A DNA stretch of 53,498 nt from a virus (lineage: Duplodnaviria; Caudoviricetes): positions 1 through 53,498 of the IMG/VR virus record IMGVR_UViG_3300031857_000256. One strand, given 5' to 3'. Made by a program: the position numbers and the translations under genes. Positions 29,601 through 36,500 of the stretch are shown here, in pieces (position 1 is the stretch's first letter; each line of letters starts with the position of its first letter). The notes under the pieces are model-generated. The model was not told the DNA's origin. It saw only the letters and a list, made by a program, of their open reading frames with translations, and did no database searches.

Positions 29601-31496
29601 TCATCGGGTACATCGGGTTCAAATGGCACATCTGGTACATCTGGTACATCTGGAAGTAGCGGAAGTTCGGGTTCATCTGGATTAAATGGTACATTCTTTG
29701 GTACTTCTGGCACATCAGGAAGCTCTGGTACCGATGGTTCAACCGGTACTGCAGGGTCAACTGGTAGTGCAGGTTCATCCGGCACTGCGGGCAGTTCGGG
29801 TACATCTGCAGAAGGAACATCTGGTACATCTGGTTCATCTGGTAGTTCGGGAACTTCTGGTTCAACTGGTTCAGCCGGCTCGGCAGGTTCATCTGGCACA
29901 TCAGGAAGTAGTGGCACATCCGGAAGTGGTGGTACATCGGGACAAGATGGTACATTCTTTGGTTCATCTGGTACAACCGGTACATCTGGTTCAACTGGTT
30001 CTTCTGGTTCGGCAGGCACTTCTGGTTCAACTGGTTCCGCTGGTACAAGTGGATTTGATGGAACATTCTTTGGTTCACATGGTACATCTGGAACTTCTGG
30101 AAGCTCTGGTACGAGTGGCACATCTGGTAGTACTGGTACCGCGGGTACATCTGGATTAGGTACTGATGGTACATCTGGAACTTCTGCAGTAGGTACATCT
30201 GGTACGAGTGGCACAACGGGAACTGATGGCAGCTCTGGAAGTAGTGGTACAACGGGTACTTCCGGTTCATCTGGATTAAATGGTACGTTCTTTGGTTCAT
30301 CTGGAACCGCAGGTAGTTCGGGTAGTTCGGGCTCAACTGGAACGAATGGCACATCGGGTAGTTCGGGTTCATCTGGTTCTTCTGGATTAAATGGTACATT
30401 CTTTGGTTCTTCTGGAACTTCTGGAAGTAGTGGCACAACGGGTACTTCTGGTTCAAGCGGAATGAGTGGCACGAATGGCACATCTGGTTCATCCGGATTG
30501 AATGGTACATTCTTTGGTAGTTCGGGTACTGCAGGTAGTTCTGGTACATCGGGTGCTGGTTCATCTGGTACGAGTGGCATAACTGGTACAAACGGTACTG
30601 CGGGTACATCCGGATTTGATGGTACATTCTTTGGTAGTTCGGGTACTGCAGGTAGTTCTGGTACATCTGGAGCAGGTAGTTCCGGTACATCAGGATTAGG
30701 TACTAATGGTTCATCTGGTACATCTGGACAAGACGGAACATTATTTGGTTCATCTGGTACATCTGGTACAAATGGTTCTAGTGGAACATCGGGAGCAGGT
30801 ACATCTGGTACAAGTGGATTGGGTACTAACGGTTCTGCGGGTACATCTGGATTTGATGGTACTTTCTTTGGAAGTAGTGGTACATCTGGTTCAAACGGTT
30901 CATCGGGACTTACTGGTTCAAACGGTACGAGTGGCACAACTGGCTCAAATGGAATAAGTGGCACAGATGGTACATCCGGTTCATCTGGATTTATGAATGT
31001 ATCTGGTACTACTGAAAATGGCGTAATTACTTGGCAAAATGTGCCAGCTGGGGGTGTAGTTGAAAGTAATATTACATTTGATGGAAGTACATTAAGCGTA
31101 ACTGGTAATGTAACAACAACAACATCAGTAGCAGCAACTACGTTTGTTTCTGCTGGTACTTATGTAATAGGTACAACGTTTAGAGAAACATATTCAGACC
31201 AAGGAACTGGTGGAAGCGTAACATTGGACCTTGCAACTGCAAATAATTTCAGAAGACAATTCAATGGAAGTGCAACAATTACTTTCAGTAATCCACCATC
31301 ATCACCTAATGGATTTGGATTTACATTTACTATGGTTAATGCGGGTGCATATTCTATTACATGGCCTGTGAGTATTGATTGGGTTGGAGGACTTTCACCT
31401 GTATTAACTTCAGCCGGAACTGATGTATTAACATTCTTTACATTTAATGGAGGTACAACATATTATGGATTTGTGGTAGGAAAAAATATGAGTTAA
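20616..31496 (+). CDS. Giant fibre protein (3626 aa): ~24 SGSVTASVSP beta repeats, two cupredoxin-like domains, ~1040-aa Gly-X-Y tract, C-terminal fibre tip domain
   Basis: Uninterrupted 10.9-kb ORF. Repeats of IxSGSVTASVSPxxGFxV...SQFTGS...FxGDGxxLxNIP; GHPF...YYNCQLHSxM twice; C-terminal TLDLAT.NNF...ITWP.SI.W.GG..P.LT..GTDVLTF domain common at phage fibre ends. Confidence 0.85.
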   Translation: MAISNLLTGRVRVVSPKNVTQDRYQFIDLSQVEPNLGVPNFSASLSGSPAIVVSDDQGNRGFVRSLDLDRVSGQFTGSFTGSADLTGSFRGDFSGDGSKLINLPISDTAQKLASASFTASFSSGGLDINTNTNIQGNLSVTDDVRIGGNLYVSKSIYADQLIVNVISSSIIYSSGSNKFGDESIDKQEFTGSVEIRDRVGANEITASSILSQFTGSFFGDGRDLKNVPAILLASGSVTASIVGDLIIFNAQSASFLGGVQITGSLLLNTGSVVIESGSIVAARGVINQLTASSIISQFTGSFFGDGRDIFNLPQATKLATGSVTASVSPQFGFKVESILRGSEFTGSVDVLGNISASMFSGSGRGLFDIPRSALTPDALTSTEISSGSVTASVAPEYGFRVLSIASGSHFSGSAYIDSSSFIYADGSRLRNIPRSALTEDALVTTEIKSGSVTASVAPNYGFKVLSIDSGSHFSGSVYIDSSSYLYSDGRYLRNIPRSALTEDALVSTEIKSGSVTASVSPEYGFIVTTPFSGSSFGSRFTGSVDVSGSVRAFSFIGDGSQLTNVASVVSPRIASGSVTASVSPNFGFVVFSPNSGSQFTGSLFVSGNIEIYTGSFSGSGKLLREIPVSAIPDLDLSKIGSGSVTASITPNKGFTVNIFSQFSGSMVVSSSVFEIPTASLDTVFDVRNDGTTAYIFSNAVTGSNPTLTLARGVLYTFNLNAAGHPFYIKTVQSSGTTNAYNTGVTNNGDDVGVITFIPSAGAPDTLYYNCQLHSAMGGRINIVDKIVRPAEIKFIGDTTVTGSLFVKDRIEAREISASFSGSFRGTFDGDGSNLFNLPSATRLASGSITASVSPDRGFVVQSQNSGSQFTGSINVTGSVTAINFIGSDFSGSFQGDGSRLVNLPLPQPNRILDGPVTASVSSIDGFVVKSQASGSQFSGSLRISGSIFLASGSFYSGSGRGLFDIPRTALTEDAFLIDRIVSGSVTASVSPQFGFRVVSYDSGSQFTGSLNVSGSIFLASGSFYSGSGKGLFEIPRSAISDLDISLISSGSATASISPNKGLLVNVPTTINGFLVVTGSTDIKANLVVTGSAIISSSLLSKGVSRFESGVSASVFSGSGAGLTDIPFSALSQELTRIATGSVTASVFPDKGFVVESLRSGSQFTGSLRVSGSIFLASGSFYSGSGEGLFNIPRTALTPDALESTYIASGSITASVSPRFGFRVESLESGSQITGSIRISGSLFATNDLTISGSGNVLGDINVQGDATVSSGSFFVGDGRYLSNITLANLAIDSTKIFSGSATASVSPTEGFEVNVHSRFDGSFIVSSSGRPTPDYLIDTIVNVTNDGSNAYIISNASISGSNQTITLQRGLQYTFNVNASGHPFWIKYVNSTGTIWEYSGSITNNGEDNGTILWTPPSGSPNVLYYNCQLHSSMAGQINLIDYTEIPAEIKFIGETKVEGNITASMFSGSGKGLFDIPFSNLTGDAFRIASASVTASVSPDRGFIVESFQSGSGFSGSIYIDSSSFIYSEGTYLRNIPKSALTEDALVSTEIKSGSVTASVSPDFGFKVQTPFTSSVSESVFTTQIASQFTGSVSISGSLFVNDISGGLFVESGSFIYAEGTYLRNIPKSAITEDALLSSFIVSGSVTASVSPDFGFRVVTPFTESQVGSQFTGSVDVSGSLRAFFLIGDGSQITNVQAAASPLIASGSATASVASGDRLVVTTAKTGSEIGSEFTGSIEVSGSIRATDDIYADFFYGDGRYITNVVAAAAPFIGSGSATASVADGERFVVITAKTGSQIGSEFTGSVEISGSLIVKDDVTADFYFGDGRFLTNVQAAAAPLIASGSATASVQSGRIFEVITKAPSGSFGSQFTGSVAISGALSASLYQGDGGGLFNIPASALQNLQLDRIQSGSARAIISPDELNVNVPITAALYIGDGGGLFNIPANALQDLKLDRIISGSVEAVISPNKGLEINTRVRIFSGSAEISGGLFISGGNVVLQSGSAFVGDGSGLTNINIANLAFQTPILKSGSFTASISPDNGFVVNTSASIWGNVYVGNDLKVAHNISASNTISAQLFTGSFRGTYTFQGVGPTASADYDILRYNETQGYYIPQPETSLTETVSFNNISDLTIVHNLGIRYPVVQVYATGSEDQILPGTIKSIDEDTIQIIFAGLTSGHVVIGSGGSLIQGTIQGDRVFGTVLSASYAFKASFADNVAGFDSASLSQLSASLGDTAQYIRNNQTASMSVGRAVSASYALTASYVENLSGLNLVEYVRNDQTSSMTVLSSSFAISSSYALYAANAANVDTSNFVLNSQTASMLVGTASFAYTASVALFALNAANTDTASFLQINKDQTINASLTISGSIGVSGSIIGNGAIQINNLPTGSSEEVVIWNSVTKRLERRNVAAAVGSSGTSGTEGSGGTSGTSGSSGSSGSSGTAGSSGTSGEDGTSGSSGTSGTAGSSGSSGSSGSSGSSGTAGSSGSSGSSGSSGSSGTSGSSGTTGSAGTSGTSGSSGSSGTSGSSGTSGSSGTTGSSGSSGSSGTSGSGGTSGSSGSSGTSGTAGTSGTSGTTGSDGTSGSSGTSGSSGTSGTSGSSGTSGSSGSSGSSGSSGSGGTSGTSGTSGSTGTGGSSGTSGTSGTSGTSGSSGSSGSSGSGGTSGTSGSAGSGGSAGSSGTSGTSGTSGSTGSGGSSGTSGSSGTGGTGGSAGTSGSSGSSGTSGSTGSDGTSGIDGSSGSSGSSGTSGEDGTSGSSGTSGTSGTSGTTGSAGTSGSSGSSGSSGSSGSSGSSGSSGSSGTTGSDGTSGSSGSSGSSGSSGTSGSSGSSGTTGSSGSSGSSGSSGSSGTSGTDGSTGSAGTSGSSGTSGTTGSEGTSGSSGSSGSSGQDGTSGSSGSSGSSGSSGSSGSSGTSGQDGTSGQDGTSGTDGSTGTAGSSGTSGSSGTTGSEGTSGSSGTQGSSGSSGSSGSAGSSGSSGSSGTSGSTGSSGLNGTFFGSSGTSGSNGTSGTSGTSGSSGSSGSSGLNGTFFGTSGTSGSSGTDGSTGTAGSTGSAGSSGTAGSSGTSAEGTSGTSGSSGSSGTSGSTGSAGSAGSSGTSGSSGTSGSGGTSGQDGTFFGSSGTTGTSGSTGSSGSAGTSGSTGSAGTSGFDGTFFGSHGTSGTSGSSGTSGTSGSTGTAGTSGLGTDGTSGTSAVGTSGTSGTTGTDGSSGSSGTTGTSGSSGLNGTFFGSSGTAGSSGSSGSTGTNGTSGSSGSSGSSGLNGTFFGSSGTSGSSGTTGTSGSSGMSGTNGTSGSSGLNGTFFGSSGTAGSSGTSGAGSSGTSGITGTNGTAGTSGFDGTFFGSSGTAGSSGTSGAGSSGTSGLGTNGSSGTSGQDGTLFGSSGTSGTNGSSGTSGAGTSGTSGLGTNGSAGTSGFDGTFFGSSGTSGSNGSSGLTGSNGTSGTTGSNGISGTDGTSGSSGFMNVSGTTENGVITWQNVPAGGVVESNITFDGSTLSVTGNVTTTTSVAATTFVSAGTYVIGTTFRETYSDQGTGGSVTLDLATANNFRRQFNGSATITFSNPPSSPNGFGFTFTMVNAGAYSITWPVSIDWVGGLSPVLTSAGTDVLTFFTFNGGTTYYGFVVGKNMS
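27858..30989 (+). repeat. Low-complexity Gly-X-Y (GSS/GTS) collagen-like coding tract, ~1044 codons
   Basis: 9-bp periodic ggt-tca-tct / ggt-aca-tct / gga-agt-tct units with Gly at nearly every third residue. Confidence 0.95.
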
Positions 31497-31504
31497 TACT
31501 TATA
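31496..31504 (+). promoter_or_regulatory. ATACTTATA variant of the intergenic motif
   Basis: Sits 3 nt upstream of ATG 31508, like the 3609-3617 copy. Confidence 0.4.
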
Positions 31505-31507
31505 GTT

Positions 31508-32407
31508 ATGAGTATAGCAAGAAAATTAATACCAAGTGGAGAAGAACAATTTCCATTTAAGATTCAAATAACAACAACTCTAGCAAATACGGTATTTACT
31601 GTACCGTTGGTTGATTATGGTGGATTGGCACCACAACTAACTATTAATTGGGGTGATAGTAGTAGTTCTCCATTAATAACATCATCCACATCCATTAATA
31701 GAACACATACTTACGTTTCTCCTGGTACATATATCATTAGTATAACTGGATTTATGCCTGGGTTTAAAGTAAATAATAATACAAGTATAAGGAGTTTAAT
31801 AACGGCAATTATACAATGGGGAAATGTTGGTTTAAGAACAATGGACTTTTATGGTTGTGTAAATATAACATCAATACCAACTAGTGCAAGTATTAGTAGT
31901 TTTGGTGGATATACCGGATTAAGTGAAATGGTATTATTTTCTTCATTTATGAGAGGTACTCGTATAACTACAATACCTGATGATTTATTTGATTATTCAC
32001 CAAATGCAACAACGTTTGCGAATGCGTTTGATGCTATAACAACTTTAACTTCTGTACCTAATGGATTATTTGATAATGTTCCATTGGCATCGACATTTGC
32101 ATCTTGTTTTTTAGCATGTACGGCACTCACGTCAGTTCCAACAGATTTATTTGACCAAAATATAAACGTCATAAACTTTTCATCTACGTTTCGTAACTGT
32201 AGGTCATTAGTAAATGTTTTACAATTTACATATAATACGAATGTTTCTATTTTTAATAACATTTATAATATGTCTACAACAGCAAACGCATTGACAGGAA
32301 CTGCACCGGAATTATGGAATAGAATTCCAGCACCATCTGGTACCGATGCTTTTAACAACTGTATTAATTTATCAAATTTTGCATCTATACCTTTAAATTG
32401 GAAATAA
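31508..32407 (+). CDS. PKD-like plus BspA/DUF285-type leucine-rich-repeat protein (299 aa), candidate receptor-binding subunit
   Basis: TINWGD...THTYVSPGTYIISITG (PKD-like) followed by PxxLFDxxxxxxxFxxxF repeats. Confidence 0.75.
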   Translation: MSIARKLIPSGEEQFPFKIQITTTLANTVFTVPLVDYGGLAPQLTINWGDSSSSPLITSSTSINRTHTYVSPGTYIISITGFMPGFKVNNNTSIRSLITAIIQWGNVGLRTMDFYGCVNITSIPTSASISSFGGYTGLSEMVLFSSFMRGTRITTIPDDLFDYSPNATTFANAFDAITTLTSVPNGLFDNVPLASTFASCFLACTALTSVPTDLFDQNINVINFSSTFRNCRSLVNVLQFTYNTNVSIFNNIYNMSTTANALTGTAPELWNRIPAPSGTDAFNNCINLSNFASIPLNWK

Positions 32408-32411
32408 AATT

Positions 32412-32855
32412 ATGTATTTAAGAATTATAAATAATGAAATTAATTATCCATACTCTTTGCAAAAATTAAGAGAAGATAATCCCAATACGAGCTTCCCATC
32501 TGAAATGACAGAAAACTTAATGTTAGAATTAGATATTAGTGAAGTAAGAACTACTCCAAAGCCAAATGATTATACAAAAAATATTTCAGAAGGAACACCG
32601 ATATTAGTAGAAGGTGTTTACTATCAAAATTGGGTACAATCAGATGCAACTGAATCGGAAATAAATGATAGAATTGAAAATAAATGGATTGAAATTAGGG
32701 ATTTAAGACAACAACTATTATATGAATGTGATTGGACACAGCTATCTGATATTCCATCGGAAACAAAAGATTTGTGGACAACTTATAGACAAAATTTGAG
32801 AGATATAACAAATCAATCTAATCCTTATAATATTGTATGGCCAGTAAAACCTTAA
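32412..32855 (+). CDS. Tail-fibre assembly chaperone (Phage_tail_APC-like)
   Basis: C-terminal WxEIRxLRxxLLxECDWTQLxD...WxTYRQxLRDIT...WPVKP signature. Confidence 0.85.
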   Translation: MYLRIINNEINYPYSLQKLREDNPNTSFPSEMTENLMLELDISEVRTTPKPNDYTKNISEGTPILVEGVYYQNWVQSDATESEINDRIENKWIEIRDLRQQLLYECDWTQLSDIPSETKDLWTTYRQNLRDITNQSNPYNIVWPVKP

Positions 32856-32870
32856 AAGGAGATTACGTTT

Positions 32871-32879
32871 ATATTTATA
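32871..32879 (+). promoter_or_regulatory. Putative late-promoter motif ATATTTATA
   Basis: Recurrent intergenic 9-mer, 16 nt upstream of ATG 32896. Confidence 0.6.
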
Positions 32880-32895
32880 CCTAAAGATTCAATAA

Positions 32896-33174
32896 ATGAT
32901 AATCCACAGTCCCATATTTTCTGGTTCAATTACACAAGCATCAACAGCACATGCGCAATTGAGCGGTTCTTTTACGGGTTCTTTTAGTGGTTCGTTTAAA
33001 GGAGAGATTGAAGTTCAGCAGGCAACTTTTAATACTTTAATAGTTACTAATAAGTTTACTGTATCTGGTTCTCAATCTATAACGGGTTCTATTTATTTAA
33101 CCGAAGGTGGATATTTAGTAGATGGAGTAAATGTATTGGATTCTGCTATAGCTTTTGCAATAGCATTAGGATAA
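32896..33174 (+). CDS. Short fibre-stub protein (92 aa) ending in AIAFAIALG
   Basis: SGSFTGSF repeats like the 3626-aa N-terminus; hydrophobic IALG tail precedes an adaptor gene. Confidence 0.75.
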   Translation: MIIHSPIFSGSITQASTAHAQLSGSFTGSFSGSFKGEIEVQQATFNTLIVTNKFTVSGSQSITGSIYLTEGGYLVDGVNVLDSAIAFAIALG

Positions 33175-33188
33175 AATGAAACAAAAAA

Positions 33189-33521
33189 ATGGCAAACACT
33201 TTTAAAAATAGTATAACGGGTTCAATAGGAACAACAAATACAATAACATACACAGCACCAGCACAAACATCAGCTACGGTTATAGGTGTGAGTGTTGCGA
33301 ATGTTGTATCTAATAATATATCGGTTAGTGTAAGATTAACTGATACATCAACATCTAAAACTGTATATTTAGTTAAGGATGCTTTATTAGTTCCTGGTGG
33401 TTCTGCTGTTTTAGTAGGTGGCGAACAAAAATTGGTGATGGAAGAAAATGATTATTTATCAGTTGTTTCATCAGCAGCTAGTTCAGTAGATGTAATTGTT
33501 TCGGTTTTGGAAATAACATAA
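33189..33521 (+). CDS. Small beta-sandwich fibre adaptor protein (110 aa)
   Basis: MANTFKN...YTAPA...VIGVSVAN...KLVME..D...DVIVSVLEIT pattern, common beside fibre genes in aquatic phages. Confidence 0.75.
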   Translation: MANTFKNSITGSIGTTNTITYTAPAQTSATVIGVSVANVVSNNISVSVRLTDTSTSKTVYLVKDALLVPGGSAVLVGGEQKLVMEENDYLSVVSSAASSVDVIVSVLEIT

Positions 33522-33533
33522 AGATTGTGATTA

Positions 33534-36500
33534 ATGACGAATTTGGGTAGTACAGCAAATGGTTTAAATCAACTAAGCGCAAGCTTGGTTTCTTTGTTTG
33601 TAAGTGGTAGTAGAATTGCCAACTTTTCATCGGCATCGGTGAGTGTTGTTGGTCCTTTTTCTGCTTCCGGTGTTCAAACAAACGTAATTGGTGTAACCAA
33701 TAATGGTGCTCCTCTTGAATTAAGAGGTAATGTCCAAATTAGTGGTTCCGTAACATCTTCACTTTTTAGAGGTGATGGTAGTGGTTTATTTAATCTATCA
33801 GCGGAAGCTTTAGGAGATTTGAATCAGTTAAAATCTGGTTCAGCAACAGCAAATATATCGCCAAATAGAGGATTGGTAGTAAATGTACCAACATCTATTA
33901 GTGGTGGATTATCTGTTAATGGTAATTCTAATATAACTGGCTCTCTTACAATCACTTCAAATCTTAACGTAAGTGGTAGAATAACAACAACTGAAATTTC
34001 TACCGTATTAATATCTTCATCGGTAATATTTTCATCAGGTTCAAATAAATTTGGTGACAATGTTTCTGATAATCATCAATTTACCGGTAGTGTAGGTATA
34101 AGTGGCTCAATATTTGTAACGGGAGATACAATACCAACCGATAATTCAACAAATGAAGTTTTAGTATTAAATACAACAACTGGTAGAATTAGTAGAAGAT
34201 TTGCAGCAGCAAGTTCTGGTACATCAGGTACCGGTGGTACATCTGGTACTTCTGGTAGCTCTGGAAGTAGTGGAAGTTCCGGTTCATCTGGTTCTTCTGG
34301 AAGTGGTGGCACATCTGGTACATCAGGAAGTTCTGGTTCTTCAGGTTCTTCAGGAACAAGTGGTACATCAGGAAGCTCTGGTTCTTCCGGTAGTGGTGGA
34401 ACGAGTGGCACATCAGGAAGTAGTGGAAGTTCCGGTTCATCTGGTTCTTCTGGTAGTGGAGGCACAAGTGGTACATCCGGTAGTGGAGGCACAAGTGGAA
34501 CATCTGGTAGTGGTGGTTCTTCGGGTTCATCTGGTAGTAGTGGAAGTAGTGGTTCATCTGGAAGTAGTGGCACATCTGGTTCAGCAGGAACTGCTGGCAC
34601 ATCTGGTAGTGGTGGTAGTAGTGGTACTGCCGGCCAATCCGGAAGTTCAGGAAGTAGTGGTTCATCCGGAAGTGGGGGCACATCTGGAACAACTGGTACT
34701 GCCGGCACAGGTGGTACATCTGGTCTGACCGGTGTAGGTGGTACGGCAGGTACATCAGGAAGTTCTGGTTCATCTGGCACATCCGGAAGTAGTGGTAGTA
34801 GTGGCACATCAGGAAGTGGTGGTTCATCTGGTTTAACTGGTGGCGGTGGTGCTTCTGGTAGTAGTGGTACATCGGGAAGTAGTGGCTCATCTGGAAGTTC
34901 GGGTTCATCCGGTAGTGGTGGTTCATCTGGTACATCTGCAAGTGCAGGTACCGGTGGAACGGCTGGTACTGCAGGTACGAGTGGCACATCTGGAAGTAGT
35001 GGCTCATCTGGTACATCGGGAAGTGGTGGTTCATCTGGCACATCTTCAAGTGCAGGTACAGCCGGTACAGCTGGTACATCTGGAAGCAGTGGTTCATCTG
35101 GAATCTCTGGTTCTTCTGGTTCATCAGGTTCATCTGGAACTTCAGGTAGTAGTGGTTCATCTGGAAGTTCCGGTTCAAGTGGACAAGCGGGTTCATCTGG
35201 AAGTTCAGGAAGTAGTGGTTCATCCGGAAGTGGGGGCACATCTGGAACAACTGGTACATCAGGTTCATCTGGAAGTGCAGGCACATCTGGTACTAGAGGA
35301 ACATCGGGAAGTGGTGGTTCGTCTGGTTCATCTGGTAGTGGTGGAACGAGTGGCACATCTGGTTCTTCTGGTAGTGGTGGAACGAGTGGCACATCTGGTA
35401 GTGGGGGCACATCTGGAACAACTGGTACCGCAGGTTCTGGAGGAACATCTGGATTATTGGCATTAACGGGTAATACTGATAATGGTGTAATCACATTAAA
35501 TGGAACTGCACCAAATGGTACAGTTGAAGCAAATTTAAGATTCGATGGTACTACGTTAGCGGTAACTGGTAACGCTACAATTAGTGGTGACCTTACTGTA
35601 AGTGGTACAACAACATATATTAATACAACAACTTTAAATGTAGGTGATAATATCATTACATTAAATGCAGATATTGGAGCATCAACTACACCAACTGAAA
35701 ATGCTGGTATAGAAGTTAAGAGAGGTAATGCAGCAACAAAGACATTCTATTGGGAAGAAGCAAATGATAGATGGTACGCTGAAGATGGATTGTATGTAGG
35801 TGGTAACGTAGTTCTTAGCGGAACTGTAGATACTGGACAAGGTGCAACGGAAGTTTACTTAATGAATCAAAATGTTCGTACAACGGACGCAGTGACATTT
35901 GCAACAGTTGATACCGGACAAGGAGCAAACGAATTATATGCAATGAACCAAAACGTAAGAACTACGGATGCGGTTACATTCGCAACGGTCGATACTGGTC
36001 AAGGTGCAAACGAATTATATGCAATGAACCAAAACGTAAGAACTACGGATGCGGTGACATTTGCAACCGTTGATACCGGCCAGGGAGCAAATGAATTGTA
36101 TGCAATGAACCAAAACGTAAGAACAACCGATACGGTACGTTTTGGAAAAGTTGAAATAGATGGTGCATCAAATTATATAGATACTAATACAGGATATTTC
36201 AGTATTACATCAGCAGGTAATGAAATAACATTAGGTGGTACAACCGGAAATATGTACATTAACTATCGTGCGGCATTAGGTAGTACTCCAACTGGATATA
36301 TTTGGAACGCTGGTAGTAGTACTTCATTTGCTACTCATACTATGGGTAGAATTGATGCGGATTCTTTATACGATAGAAATGATACAGGATATTATGTAGA
36401 CCCTGCTTCAACATCAAGACAAAATGTTATTAGAGGTACTCAAATAGCAACTGGATATCATTCATTAACTTCCGGTTATTATGCCGGTGGTGCAACTCCT

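Noticed and set aside
27518-30964. 1148-aa minus-strand Pro/Glu/Val/Asp ORF and other long overlapping ORFs (27712-28647, 28906-30690, 27937-28818, 28819-29583)
   Set aside because: Shadow frames of the Gly-Ser/Thr codon repeat, which lacks stops in several frames; they coincide with the tract.
34076-35656. 526-aa and 365-aa minus-strand ORFs and +strand alternative frames
   Set aside because: Same shadow effect over the second Gly-X-Y tract.
35823-36146. Regularly spaced repeats resembling a CRISPR array
   Set aside because: Contiguous in-frame 81-bp coding units with no unique spacers and no cas genes.
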